From Iphione sp. A-MEVVRFRX5 (taxonomy: Eukaryota): a stretch of DNA of 64,000 bases. Positions within the stretch are counted from its first letter, which is position 1. The number at the start of each line of letters is the position of its first letter. Position numbers and translations under genes: made by a program. The notes below the pieces were generated by a model that was given only the letters and a program-made list of their open reading frames with translations, was not told the origin of the DNA and did not search any database. Of the stretch, positions 24,579 through 38,813 are shown in pieces. The stretch is from contig OZ320317.1 of the NCBI GenBank assembly GCA_976226885.1, forward strand, positions 78,492,001-78,556,000, read 5' to 3'.

Positions 24579-25792
24579 AAAGGGTGCCATGTTTATAAAC
24601 ACTCTGCAGAGCTCTCCAAAAGCCGGCAAGTGATATGCATTAAAATATTTTCGAAGCAACCGCCTTAGAAACTCGCCTACATTTCTAGCCACATTAACTT
24701 TAAAAAAATCCCCAGGAGAGGCGGTTCTTGGAAAAGAAAGAAGATGTTTACTTCGGAGGTGCGCGGTTACTCTACAATGAATCTGATGGGATAAAAATAT
24801 TGTTCACCTATCGGCAAACTGTTCATTGAGCCACCGTGTCTCGAGTGATGAACACAGGTTAATAAAGGAAGAGATACATTCTTAAATTAAAACATCATTT
24901 CCAATACGGCTGTGAGTTTCACAAGGGTGACTGGAGGAGTTGACTTCAACCCACAATACTCATCTAGTATTAAAACAGATCACAAAAGAAGTTGGTACTT
25001 TTTGGAGGTTATAGGAATTAATGCTAACATAACTGGTTACACAAATATAGATAAACCTACCCCCTACTACAGTTGCCCTTATCAGTTTATTGAGTTACTT
25101 TCGTCTCTTGCAAGTTATCTCTCTCCAGGCGAGCATTATTACTTTTCGCCAAGAGAGAGATCTAGACAATATATATTTATCAGTTTGTCTTGATAAGATT
25201 GTCCCTTTAAAGATTTGTGCAGCCGGAAAATATGCCTAGGTGTTGCTGGCAAGTAACAAACTTTGGGGTGTGGTGATTGTGATGTGAATTTGTGTCTACG
25301 TCTGTTTCATCATCTAACACACAGTATGCAAATAGGCAATGTAGACAACTTGGACAAAAATAAACCAATGCGTGAGTTTTAGCAATAAATCCAGAAAGCT
25401 TATGAACCTACCTTGTCTTGTTCTCCCTTTTAAGAAAACCATTGTAATCCAAAACACATTGTATTCCTAATGTTGTAATGCCAGTTTCTTTGGAAAACTG
25501 TTTTGGAATACATAAGCCAGTTTCACTGTTGTCATTTAATTAATGACTAATGTACAAGATTTTCCAAATTGTCGTTTATACAGTATTCCTCTCTATCCGA
25601 TGTCATTCATTCTTTGCAGATTGGAGTGAAATTTAGTTTTGAAAAATGAAAGTCACCAAGTGTGTGCAAGCGCCTTGTGCTCACGCTTTGGGAGAGTGCA
25701 CATAATGCCACCTCACCCTACAGCAATGTGGGCGTAATGCCTTGGGGCCTGGTGTAAAATAGCATTACTAATTCTGTAAGACCATTACAGGG
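24579..25792 (+). mobile_element. Decayed piggyBac transposon (3' half), antisense in intron 2
   Basis: Ordered frameshifted motifs KGCHVY, FRSNRLRNSP, WDKNIVHL, GGVD, INANI and the Cys-rich tail GCGDCDVNLCL..CFII*H. Putative right end CAGGG|TTAG (TTAA-like). Confidence 0.75.
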
Positions 25793-26349
25793 TTAGCAGT
25801 TGTCTCCTTAGCTAACAAATAGATATGAATGTGTAAAACAGCTTTGAAATATGTTGTTCATGATTTCAAAGTCGTTGTTGGTAGCTACAGTGATTGTATA
25901 GACTACGTTATTTTCGATACACTTCAGCTCCTGATGAGAATGTGGCAAATATCTGTTTTAACGCAACTTGTTCAAATATATGTTCACGTACTTATGTTCC
26001 ACATTTAGAGACCCGTATTCCAGTCATAGACATTATGTCTGTTTCGTTCAGTAGGATTATAATAGATATTATAAAAGGAAAGTGTAAAGTGAGATATTGA
26101 CAGTAGGTGAATATATGTTTGTGAGACCATCTCTGAAGACTATCCACACTCAGTTCCATTGTTGGTCAGATTGGTGAACCCCAGTTATGTGTACACAATA
26201 ACATTGAAAAATGATGCATATAAATCAGTCCATTCTAGCTCGAGCACGAACACAAGAGAGAGATGTTATTCCGTTAACATATAGAAAACGCAAAAAAAAA
26301 CTGTTTGCTCGTATAAAGGATTGGAGACAGTCGAGTCCTTGATACTCAC

Positions 26350-26495
26350 CAAGCCATGGATTCTTAGAAGAACGAAGTCGACGGAGACAACAACGGGCTT
26401 GCTAGTGTCCATCACGGCTCTGGCGACAGGATCATACGCTCGAAACAGGTACGCTAATAATCTCTCCTCGTGGGACATGTTCCGGTGGGAGCTCC
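26350..26495 (-). CDS. Exon 2 (146 nt), N-terminal helix and beta1: (G)SSHRNMSHEERLLAYLFRAYDPVARAVMDTSKPVVVSVDFVLLRIHGL
   Basis: Acceptor TGCTTCTCTTTGTAG|GG and donor TTG|GTGAGT. Matches the Cys-loop N-terminal pattern E.RL...LF..Y....R.V.....V.V. Confidence 0.95.
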
Positions 26496-29400
26496 CTACA
26501 AAGAGAAGCAAACGACCATAACTAACAATCAAACACAGGACGAGAGGCTGGAGTCGGGGCGCTCGCTGAGGTAACTGTTGTCCTCACAGTCTGCATGGCC
26601 CCCGTGAGCCAGATTAACCCTTCCACCCAGCTACCCTTCCTTCAGTGAGCTCAGATTAACACGCCAAGATGATTGCTTTGTTGTAATGGCTTTTTGCTGC
26701 TTCCTCCAATTCGTAAGTTTATTTTATCTACCGTTATCGTAATTTTGAGCTCCTTGTTGTCGAATCATACTTAGTTAGCGTTGTTTATTTTGGCTGTTAG
26801 GTTATACAGTCTTATTCGTATACATGTATATACATTAATGTATATATACACTAATGTAATGCACGCAAATATATATATTTGTGTGCATATATGTACTCTA
26901 CAGGGACATTTTTAAATAGATTCTTTGCCTGTAGAGTACATGTGCTTTTCGATGACTTTGAGCACGCAGTACACTGTGGAAATTGTTGGTGGGAAGGTGT
27001 TAACATCGGGATGAAACCAGGAGATAATGAGGCGATACACGACCTGTCAGAGGGGTACACGACAGTCCTTCCCAACGGACGCAGGTCTGATTGAATCAGT
27101 CACTCGATGGACGTCGTTGCTGAAAGGATTACTGTATTGCAGCCACCAGGGATAGTGCACGGGTAACCCCTTAAGCGGTGGATGGGGCACACGAGGCTGG
27201 CACTATAGTTTGACATGAGAGATGTGAAGCTGGCAGTGTTCATTCTGTGTGGCATTGCTCACAATGCCTTGAGACATGAATAGCTTTGTTAAATTGTAAA
27301 TGTTTCAGAGGTTAATCTCTCTGTAGAATGCCTATGCTTCGCTACCTTGAGAATGTTACAAGAGAATGTACCCAGAGAGTTCGATGATATACTTCTACGC
27401 GAGGAATGTGTCATATCGATACAATGTAATTTTGTTTCGGTGTTTACAGTTGGCCAGTTCAATAGACGTTCAGTCATCAGAATAGTTTATTCTATATCAA
27501 CCTGTATTCGTGCAAGGGTCAAATTGTATCCCTTTAAAGGAATACTATTATTCCGCGGCAAAGATTCTGGAGTAATGGTCCTTCCGTGTAATCAGAAATC
27601 ATTTTAACCTCATGCAGAACTGAGCAAGTATATCACCGTTTCACAAATGTATGATAGATTTATATTAACTGCATATTGCACAGCAAATATGTACTAGTAT
27701 GCGTGTTTTTACTATACCAAGACCACTTATTTCTCCCCCAATAAAAATGTTTCAATAATCTCAGAAATGGATTTTTGGTTTTTCTAGAATCCAATAGCTC
27801 TTTTACGATTGAAGCTATTTCAACTTGGCTAAGAATAAGGGTCCATTTATCATACAGTGTACAAGTAGAACTAAAGTAAACAAGAAGTAGCTTGCCCTGG
27901 ACATTTGCGCCGGTATTATTTTAAGTCACCCCAGCAAAGTCCCCTCGCCATCGCCTGATAAGGCTTGGGGTGGCCGAACCTATTTGAGGAGCAGAACTTC
28001 TTAACAAAGTACGCAATTGCCTATAGGCGCGCAGCGCCGTGGCTTGCACGGGTGAAACCACTGAAGCAAGGAGCCCGAGAAGAGTGATGCCAGTAGTATA
28101 GAGAAATGGGTATTTGGGGCTGGCGACAGGGGGTCATCCTGTCGGCTGCCAGCAGTTTGCACTGCTCTGACCCTTCTCGCCTGTTAAGGCGGTACACCAA
28201 TGGCCTGTGACCACCATGATTAGGAAGCAGGGCCGGGGCAGTAAGGAGAACCTGGGTGGTACACATGGGCAGACGACATTGTGGGCATCAGGCCAAGTAA
28301 CACAGTACGAGCCCCTGTGATAAGTGTACACAGTATCTACCCTCCCCGGACATGTCTAAGCACGGGCACCTACCAAACTTAGCCATGCAGATATTTGCAG
28401 GAAAGTGAGGTCTCGGAGAGCTCTAAGTTATCAGTATGGTTTTTCATACATGTGAGGGTGCTTAGAAGTCGGAATGAATATGGACGAGCATACTTTTCTC
28501 GATATTGTATACATCAACGTCCTTAGGAACAGAAGGGCAGCTGATGGATCGAATTTGAGTATGGAAATTTACTGCAGACGACATTTGTTTCTGCCCGTCG
28601 CCTGTAGCCATCTTCATCCATATGTCCATTTTAAATAAAGGTGTACTGCATACTTTCCGTGGACAGGGTGCCGAAAGGAGAAAACAAACATGGTATAAAA
28701 AATGTCCCCATTACATTCTGTTTTTCTGCAGCCGCCTTGCAGACAGACGTATGTATCAAGCGGTCAATTAAGAAGATTGATCGATCCGATAAGGGAACAC
28801 TAATCAGTGGATTTCTCTATTTGGCGACGTAGATAAAGATCATCACTGTCGGCGTAATTACCACCCACTGGTCGATGGCGGCTGCGGGTAATAAGAAGGA
28901 GTGATATACTGTGCACCGCTCGCCTACACCGAAGGCAGGGGGCCTGGACATTGTCCAGGCGGCAGGTGTAGGGGGCCCGGCAACTCATCGCCCTGGCCCC
29001 TGTGGCTACCAAAATACATCGTCCTATCAGTACTTTCACAAGGCAGTCTGTGTTTATGTGTGTGAGTGTGTGTGTGTGTGCAGTGCTATCGTTATGCTAG
29101 AGGCGCCCAGGCCGCTACCCGTTAGCCAGTAGGTCAATACTTTCGCGGGGGTTATCTTGACGTCGAAGCCTAGAACAGGCGGAGGCCATTCTTTATGGTC
29201 TAACTCTCCACCCGTTTGCATTGACTCGATATACAGTCGTCCCTGGGTTGTTAGGATTTCTCAGTTAGACCCCCATACGTCCGGATAACATTTCCCTATA
29301 TAGCGAGGCACAAGAGAGATAACGGTGGAAATGTGCGTAATGCCGTCTAACAGTATATAGTAGGAACACTGCCAGGGAATACCCCCATATCAGAGTTTTG

Positions 29401-29797
29401 TGAGCAGGGGCGGTACCAGGCTGTAGAGACAGTTGAGCCTATACCAAACGCTACGCTTGCCTTGCCCTTACGGTCCTGGTTAGTCTGGAGATTGGGGCTT
29501 TATCGTCATGTCCAAACGCTTTAAGATGAGTCAAAAACCTTCCGATCTGTTTGTAATTGGTTAATGACCTAAGTGAGATGGCTTCTTATGAAGCAGATGT
29601 GTAGCCAAACGTATGGAATCACACTCCATAAACAATGTAGTTTTCAAACGCACTTTGCCTCAATTATTTCACATATGTTATTGTGGCAATAAATCATATG
29701 TATCTCTATTTTTGGATAGAAATAAATGATTGACCTGATTACAGGTGTCCATGGTGCTTACAGTAAATAACAATGCTTTTCAAGTATACGGCTTATC

Positions 29798-30737
29798 AGT
29801 GGGGGCTCTTAAGGTCAAACTCGTTACAGGTGGATAAAAGCATCAAATTTTATATATTGATCTAAAAGACTCTAAATTTTAATTTTGGAAGGATCAAGAT
29901 CTTGAAAGCTGAACATGATTGCCATGAAGGAATTATAACTTTAATTCCAAATTTGTGTCTGAAATGAAGGTCAAGCTATTTATGTACATTTGGATTATAG
30001 ATGAGATTTGAGGTGAATAAAGAATGACGGTATTGCTGGCATGAAGCATGACATTTCAGATAAAGCTATGAATAAAAGTCCTAATTTCTTCAGTACTGGA
30101 TTTTTTTACTATTCTCTGGTTGGAATATTTCATAATCTAAAGGAAAAAAACTACCTAAATATGTAACACTTCACTGATCATTAAGTCAGAACTGGGACAC
30201 TCAACAGCAGAATTTGACCAAATTTGGAAATAACATGTCTATAACATGATTACAATTGAAGAAAGGGCAACAAAGAATTATCATAAACATCCCCCAAACC
30301 TTAAGATAACCATTTTCTTTTAAGCTAAGAATTAAATTAGAGTAATTCGTTGAAATCGTTTCAATGGAAACAATATAAGGTCAAATCACCTTTTACATGA
30401 AATTTTGAGGTCAAAGTTTAAGCTTTATTGACCTTGACGTTAACAAATAAAATTAGTGAATTTAGAACAATTATCTATAAATATTTATGGATGAGAATTT
30501 ATATCTTGATATGATACTTAGCTTTTTATGAGGACAAATTTTTATATGAAAATTTGATGCAATGACAATTTTTATAATTTCTAGATATAATTAATTGCCA
30601 TGGCAACCATGTTCAGCTTTCAAGATATCAACCCATAAAAAATTAAAATGTGGAGTCTTTTAGATCAAAATACAAAATTTGATGCTTTTATATACCCTGT
30701 ATGAGTTTGGGCATTTTAGGTCCTAAGAACCCCCACT
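29798..30737. mobile_element. AT-rich foldback/MITE element with long terminal inverted repeats
   Basis: The left end AGTGGGGGCTCTTA...AAAAGCATCAAATTTT...GATCTAAAAGACTC...ATCTTGAAAGCTGAACATG.TTGCCATG matches the reverse complement of about 30590-30737 over roughly 140 bp. Confidence 0.85.
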
Positions 30738-33700
30738 ATATGTAGAATTTAAATATAAACACCAATGATAATACTTTCATACTTGTATTCTGTAAAACAG
30801 CATTAACATGTTGATGACCAAGACATTTTGCAGCATAGTATTTTTAATGCTAGTTCTCCTTGAAAAAGACTACCATTACCATCTATGTAGATGCTTGGTT
30901 TGCTGCTTTCTTCCTACGATTCGTTGCAGCTGGTGTAAAAGCCATGATCATGTTTGTGTTGTCCCTGTCTTTACGGCAGGACTCCCTGGAGTTCAACTCC
31001 AACCTGCCAGGGGGGGTGACAGGTGGTCACGGGGCTCTTCATTTGGATCCTTATCAGGGGCACCATCTGCGGCTCCTGTGGCCAACTAGCAGAACAGATT
31101 GTCTGGTTCACTGGTCTTAAGGCGTCAATTTCTATGCCAATATAATTTCTCAATGAAGGTGTTCACAACGGTCATCACAGAGGTCCTGCATGGCTGGACG
31201 GTGGAGAGATTAGAGAAGCTTTTGACTCAGCCATCATGAAAATAGATCTGAAAGCGTCAGGTCTTACACCTTCCTCTGCAAATCCGGTGAAGTGGTATTG
31301 TATTGCTCCTCTATACACGGTTTCAAGACAATGCAAACGTAACGCTTTATGGAAACATTTATGATATTTGAAAAGTTTAAAAAAGTTTTATTAATTATCT
31401 CAATTATATACAAATTAGTCTTTCATGATTAAATCGAATTAAAAGGTATACAATAGGAATAGAACGAAAATCTTACCGCTGGTGATACCAGAAGTACCTA
31501 AATGTAGCCGCAATTTGCATCATTTGTTAGGCCATACCTTAAGCCACGGTATAATAATGTTGTTAACTGAGGGTTGGTCTGCAATCAATTACTCTCATAG
31601 TAATGGTATTGTTACCACCTATAGATAATGACACGTACTGCAGAACACAGGTATTATGCCGACCACAGTGATGTTAATACGCTCCCATCGAGTGACAGGC
31701 CATCTGAAGAATCGCATGCGATCAGGGTCTCAAAGGTGCTATATGTGAGTGTGGTTTTATTGCTTTGACCCGGCTTTGTTGGTCGGCTCTCTTTCCGTAC
31801 TTGCATGACGCCGTAAAGCCCAGGGTCATGCCTGCCTCCGCACCCACTCAATGTCTTTATATGAAGTTAATCACAGGCTTACTCCTGCCAGTCGTTACTT
31901 AACGATTCGTACGGCTTTGCTTGTAAAGTCGGCTGCACATTGAATCACAGGCCCCATACAGACAAGCAAGTACCTTACTACTAATACTACCGTTACTACT
32001 ACTTTCACCACAACTACCTTGATTATCTGCATGGATAAGTTTCATTTAAGAGAACTGACACTACTCTTCCTATAACAACTATTATTTTACATTATATATG
32101 GGACAATTATTATTTTAAACACATTTGATACTATACGTATGAAAAAATGCTATCATAGAATTATATAAAAATTACCACAGCATTCTCCGTACTCTTACAT
32201 CTACTAGTACTGTCACCATCATATATACACTTGTAATTACATACATCAGTACACAACTAACCCACTACCTCTATGCGGAAACTATGATACCGGTACTTTA
32301 CTACCGGAACTATGCATATATTTTACTGAAATCCTACTGCTCTTGTGAGTTTTCTCTTTATGAGCAAGACGAGCCTGCTTTCTGGAGTCCGCGAGCTGCT
32401 CTCCTCGCTCGTCTGGCCGTCATCGACCTGGATTACATAGCTCTCCGTTTAGGCCTTGCCTTGATGAAGGGGTTCATGCTTGCTTGGAGGTATACGTTTG
32501 GAAGGGGGGGAGGGAGGGAGATAAGGCTGGCTCACTAAAGTAGTGTCTTGTGTTGGAGAAGGACGCAGGGGTGGGGGCAGCTACTAATGCTAGTAGTGCC
32601 TGAAGTCTACATGGTATGTTCTGATGAGGGTTGTAAAGAACCGTGCTACTCTCCACACCTGGGAAGTGATACTTCTTCACTATCTACTCACAGGAATGGT
32701 GATTATAAAGGATGATAAAATAAAAATACAATAACTGAGACTTAGAAAGTACATATGCCTCTCGAAGGAGACGATGCCATTTGGGAAACAGGCGGTTTTA
32801 AATGTACCATTTCCGATTTTTCTTATGAATTGGCGGTTTCTCTGAAATGCAAGGCCGGGAAGGTGTGTAGGGGGTCATATTGACACATCGTAAAATGTCA
32901 TAGTAGCTTTTCGATACGGACGTACCCAGTGCCTAAACTGGTATGTTACATGCTAGAATGATACATTACATCAGAGAATGATAAATTACAACAAGGTTGT
33001 CGTCTTCAACGAGATATGTGGCTCGAACAAAACCACGATAACGTCCTAGGTATAAGTGTGCACCTGTCTAGCTTTAATAGAAGGACCCATTATACCATGT
33101 CAACTGACGGTGCTTGTACTCAGAGAATAGGTAACTGCTTACAGAACGGCTAGCCCTCAGCCACCGGCATCACTTAGAATCTCACTATTGCATGTAGGAA
33201 TCAACACCCAGGCGGTTTGCATGAAGAGCCAATTATTATGCATAGAACTAGGCTGGTATGGATGCGGCGGGCAACATTATACCGCCCATCTAATGGCACT
33301 CGCCTGGCTCGGAGGCTGCTGCACACGCTTCTTCTTGTGCGACGCTCAAGGAGACCGACTACAACTGGGGAGGCCGGGAGGGAGGGGAGGGAGGGGAGGG
33401 AGGTGGGGGAGTGCCTGCTCTCTCCTTTCCCACCCTACCCCCATGGGTCCCAGAATGGCGCGTCAGTGGGCGAACTCTCTGTAAAACATCTCATCTCCAA
33501 TTAGATGCTCGCCAGACTTGCGCCCCGTCCCACCGGTCGCCGCCAATTTGCTGCATTCCCTGCTCCTCGCCCGCTCCCCCGAGCCCAACTCATCTCCTTT
33601 GCCAGCCGACTGCACCACTTTACCTACCTTCTACCGCCACAAATACACGGGATGGGAAACTCTTTACTTGAGCTGTGGGTCTCGGTTCCTGAGAGGCGGG

Positions 33701-36700
33701 GCTGCGTCTTCCATATCGAGTAACAAATTGAAAGAACAGGCAAGTGTAAAATCTTTATGTGCAACCTCGATAATGTGCCTCGATAATGTGAACTATTTCG
33801 GATAACCATCTCATATACAACGATTGCAATACTGCGATAGATTGTAGAGTGGTACGAGTTCACATAGACTAACAGGAAGACGGTAAGTTATATCTTGAAT
33901 ACAACTTGCTAAGTTGAGGCATATTTTAAAGACTTACACCTAAAGGGCTATTAACTTGTCTTCAAATGGATCAGAACCACCGTTTACAGGAGAAAGAACA
34001 AAAACAGCAAGGGGGAAATTGAATAGAGGAGTATGATTGGGTCGTAGTGATTGTATACATATATATATGTGTAGTGAGCTCACTTTGACGATGCACTCCC
34101 CAGAAAATATGGCATCATTTTTGGCCCATATACCATGACAGATCCTGTAGCTAATTACCACCGACGTGGCCTCCCGCAAGAGAATTGTAGCATTTTGTCA
34201 AGGGAAAGTGGCCCTAATCAGCAGAGGAGAAGTTTTTTTTTCAAAGCTCCCATCTGCCTGTCATGTCTTTGGAACTGACAGGTAATGCCAGCTTAGTAGG
34301 GTGTAAGGGGGGAAGGTAGGGAAAGCACCACCGCAGGTGTCCCAAACAAGCGCCTTGCCACGCATCTGCCTATTGGAGGAGCAGCTCGGGTGGGCCTCAC
34401 CTCGGTCGGCGCCCGGGTCACTCAGTAATAACGGCGGGCGGTCTGCAAGCTGCGGCCTGCAGGCGCTTCCGCAGGCGCCTCTTTTGTCGACTACTCATAT
34501 ACCATATTAAGAACAAATCAATATGGAAACCGCAGAAACATCTGGCCCAATTTCATGGATGGAAGTATCCCAGACGTCCTGAGAGATGCTCTTTGGATGC
34601 AATTAGTCTTGAAATTAAAATGCAACACGAGGCTTGATAATTCTCAATTCAATCTGCGGCCGCCCCCGGTGTTAACGGAGTGAACATGAAATTACGCTCT
34701 GTATCATAAACACCTCGCTAGCTGTGGGTTTACAATATTCTGCTAAGGACAGAATGTGCACTGATTACCGTTCGTATGTGGTAAACTCTATGGTACAAAA
34801 TATACTCAATGTGCATGATTAAACTTTGAACACATTCCATATCCATGCTGAGCACGTGCGTTCATCTGAAGGGCGTCTATTGGTGGTTTACAAGTAACAA
34901 TGGAACTACGTTCTGAATCAGACCATGTGGGCGTAGTGTAAGAGGAATGTATGTAGTATTGTACAGAACCACAGGTATTCTGCGTGATACCAGCTTTTGC
35001 CTATTAACAACATAGCAAGAATACATTCACGAGGGACTCTTTTTGAAATTGTGGTTCATGCATGGAGAATTAGTTCTTTTTTACCAAAGATGATTTGTTC
35101 CTGTTGCAGCCGAACACGTAAAGTCCACGAGTGGTTTCTAATGTACATATTTTTACTCTGATAAAAATGCAAATCCGCAAAACATTCCTTAGCTGATTCC
35201 AAATATAACGATACCTTGTTCTTCATAATTTTTAAGATCGTTTTACCCCCCTCCCCTAACTGATTCCAGATAAAACGATATCTCGTTCTTCGTAATCTGT
35301 TAGATCCTTTACCCCACGTTTGTTTTTTACATACATTGAATGGTTAATGTCTTTCTGGTCACAGATCTGCCCCCCGCCACCAACACTATGGTTCCCAGTT
35401 GTTCATATGGACGCAGAGGAATATATAAACAAATCTTTCGGGGGGCAACCGATGGGCTGTGCCGCAGAGGACCGAGTCAAATGTCGATAGGGCCAGCTTC
35501 TTTATGCAGGAAGGGTGATCATACAAGGCAAGTCAGCAGCAGCAGGAGAGGTCGATGACTGGCCTGGGTCACTGCAATCTGGATGATACCAGCCATTGGT
35601 TATAGTGTATAAATCTACTCCCGAGGAAGCCCGATAGTCCTACAAGCGATGCTCCAATGCAATAGGAACGCCTTCAATGGGTTCCCGGGAACGTACGCTG
35701 GAGGAGGCTCCTTGGGCGCAGAGCGAACGGTAACAGTGGCCAGCCTGTCGTCTATTAGGTAGGAATCACCATTCACTTCGGATATGCTACTTGCTGCCTC
35801 CTGTTGACAATGCCGGTTGATTGCTCCCGGGGCTGCTGTACGTATTAATATGGCAGGCGGGTATAAATAGAGAAAGAGGCCTCTGGGCATGCACATCAAT
35901 TCAGGGTTGGCTGCTCCCTTCAGGTGCAAAGCTTGTATTCAGATAGTGGGCGTGCTGGTGATGATTTATTATTCAGTCAGTGTAGCCCAGATGCTGATTG
36001 CAACATATGCAAATTCGTCCACTTTGCAAGGCACATGTGCATCGCACTTGATGAGGTCACTCAGTAATGACGGTCAGAAGTTAGAACAGAGATTCATCCA
36101 TCATCTACATTGTACTACATGTATATATTTTCTACACCTGGCCCGTTGCTACATACCCGAGTTTAGTTTAACCATTCCATTTTGAAATGCGGAAAATCGA
36201 ACATGTCAGCCAAAAGCAGACAATAATAAATTGGAGTTTAGACTTTATGGTGCTTTTCGAGGAATACAAACAGACGACGCATAGCGTCTAACTACTGGGT
36301 GAAGTTTTATCTCATGGTTAAGCCAGTACAGCTTTCAGCGAACAACCTAGGCTTTTAACAGGAAAGGGCAGTTCCTACGCGAGTCATCGTCACGTCAGCG
36401 GCACAAATTTCGAACTTCTATCTGGTATTTTCCTGAACACAATATTCAACGAAACAAATGTGCGCATAACGAATACAAGTTGTATCTGACACCACTCTGA
36501 TGCTTTACAAATGTCGGCTATTAATTGGTCGGTGTTTTCACTACAATATGTCTAGTTGTCCTTCTTTCAGCACTCTTTTTTCTGCTCTGTGGAGCTACAA
36601 TACTGCCATGCCTTCATTTAATTATATCCAAAATCTTTTATTACAGACTAGATTGAATAAAACGACATTGTTAGGGCATAAACAGAAATACCTTTCTAGG

Positions 36701-38189
36701 ATGGAAATTGCCCATAAATAACACCAAGACCATAAAAAGCGTCGCGATTTAAATGCGGCGCCTTGGCTTTCTTGTGTACAAGAATTCATTTAAAGAAAAA
36801 AAACACACTCTGGGGAGAAAATACCAGAAAAAAAACTGCTGCTTACTTGTGTCAGAGAATGTCAGATTGAATTGACTTTGTATACTGTATGCGGAATTAG
36901 ACTGTTGACTACAAATGGGGCCTGCTACAGAATCGGTCGCAGCTTCAAGTCACAATCGATTAGGCTCTCTCCACCGGTGAGGTCTTTATGTATTAGCTAA
37001 AGTACGAGGAGTGGTGGCAGGGGTGGTTTAAGTATTCTGAGTGCTATCGGGAAGTGGGTAGCTCCTACCTTGCCACTGGAATCGAATGATTATTCCTTCT
37101 CCGACGCCCAAATCAATTCGAATTGCAATTTAACATGGCAAAATGGTTGATTGCTTCATCGTGAATCAAGTTGAGTATAATCCTTGATTTAAAGAATTAA
37201 ATTATCTCTAATGGATTTATTTTTCTCATACCACTGGAGCCGGGCAATGGTCTTGCTGAACAAGTGAAAAACATAGCCATTGAACAAGGGAATGGAGAAA
37301 CACCATGGCATGATTTAGAATGATGTGGCGGGATGCAATTTCCTAATCCAACATGATGGCAAATATTCATACGACCAGTGCTCTCAGTGTATGAATTACC
37401 TCTTTTACTTCACAGGAGGTATGGGAGTAGTCACATTACAGACAGCTTTATTCATACTATGGAGCAGTACTGATTGGGAACGCATGAGTATTTGTTGCTG
37501 ATATAACTGAGATCGAAACTTCTCCTGGTTAGAAGTGTTTTGCACCCTATATTTGAACGACCCCTTCTGTTTAAATCCCTTATCACAAGCAATTGTATTC
37601 ACTTTGAAATACAAATTGTTTTAGTATAATTTCTTATATGTTGAGATGGTGATTTTCTCTTCCTTGTTAACAAAGACATCTTAAAAACATTGTAGGAGGA
37701 CCTTTCGAAATTCAAGCGATGCGTGGATAATTTCAGGAGGAGGGAACCAGACAGAATGGGAGGAGGAAATGGGCTCTGGACAGCATTCATGTTTAAAGTG
37801 GAACGATTTTTCACGTGTAATGGTTTCCCGTTTTAACATATGGGATGCCAAGAAGCATATTATCATTTTTGCCCGGACATCTTATTAATATGTTCAGGGT
37901 TCGAGTGAGATAATGACATGCATTTATCATTATTGAATAATTTATACCGTGTGCACTTAAAGACCTCTGTTACTCTCCACACACAGAAGATCGTGTCACG
38001 TTATACTTATGCTGGTTAGAGATAGAAATCATTGTATATGTACCATGGATCTAGACCTTGACATGCATATCAATTTAATCAAATGCGGTTTGTAGATGTT
38101 TATCAGTATTTGTCTTTAAACCATGCAGATAATTTAGGTCAGTTAAAGCATGCAACTTCTGGATGGTTGGATACATTGATTTCTATGTA

Positions 38190-38813
38190 CAGTCGAACGT
38201 CCCAATTCCGGACACCCTCCGTTCTTCTCCAAATCGTCCGCATTTCAGAAGTGTCCTGATTACAGATCACTGACTAGTATATGAGATGTGTACAGTATAC
38301 AAGAACATACATGTAATGTGACTATGCTCCAAGGTTCACTGAGCATAGGGGACATTTCACCAAAAATAAATTACTATCGGCCGACCCACAAAGCTCTTTA
38401 GATGTAACGCCACCCTCTGATTTGCTTGGGGGACACCACTCTACAGCCCAATAGCAGTACACAACCTTGCGTAAAAAGAGGTGTGGGGTACATCAGAGAG
38501 GTCGCCGTTGACGCCCCTGGTCTTCCTCTACCACTCTTACAAGTATTAACAGAGGTGTGAGCACATCAGAGAGGTCGCTGTTGATGCCCCAGGTCTCCCC
38601 TGACCAGTTCCTCCAGGGTGTCAGGCCTCTCTGCTGCCTCAGATTCGCACAAAACCAGTGTCCGTAGGCGGACGCTCTGGGAAATTAGCTGTCCTGATTA
38701 CAGACGTCCCCACCTAATGGTTAAGTATAGGAAAACTTTCCGTTCTTCTCCAAATTGTCCGCCTTGGAGAAGCGTCCGCATCCCAGACGTGTCCGCAACA
38801 GGACGTCCGACTG
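38190..38813. mobile_element. Tc1/pogo (Tigger-like) MITE, 624 bp
   Basis: TA|CAGTCGAACGTCC ... GGACGTCCGACTG|TA: 13-bp TIR with one mismatch and a TA duplication. Internal direct repeats include a 74-bp doublet at 38478 and 38552. Confidence 0.85.

Noticed and set aside
26496-26532. Hydrophobic LIVSYGRLLLFV upstream of exon 2 as a same-exon signal peptide
   Set aside because: TTG start only, no in-frame ATG before the upstream TAG. The hydrophobicity reflects the polypyrimidine tract of a strong acceptor.
31476-31530. Alternative signal-peptide exon ending at a GTAAG donor
   Set aside because: The phase-1 frame has an upstream TGA and no Met; the Met frame is not hydrophobic and has the wrong phase.
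33367-33409. G-quadruplex-forming (GGGA)n run
   Set aside because: Present, but such low-complexity runs are common and nothing indicates function here.
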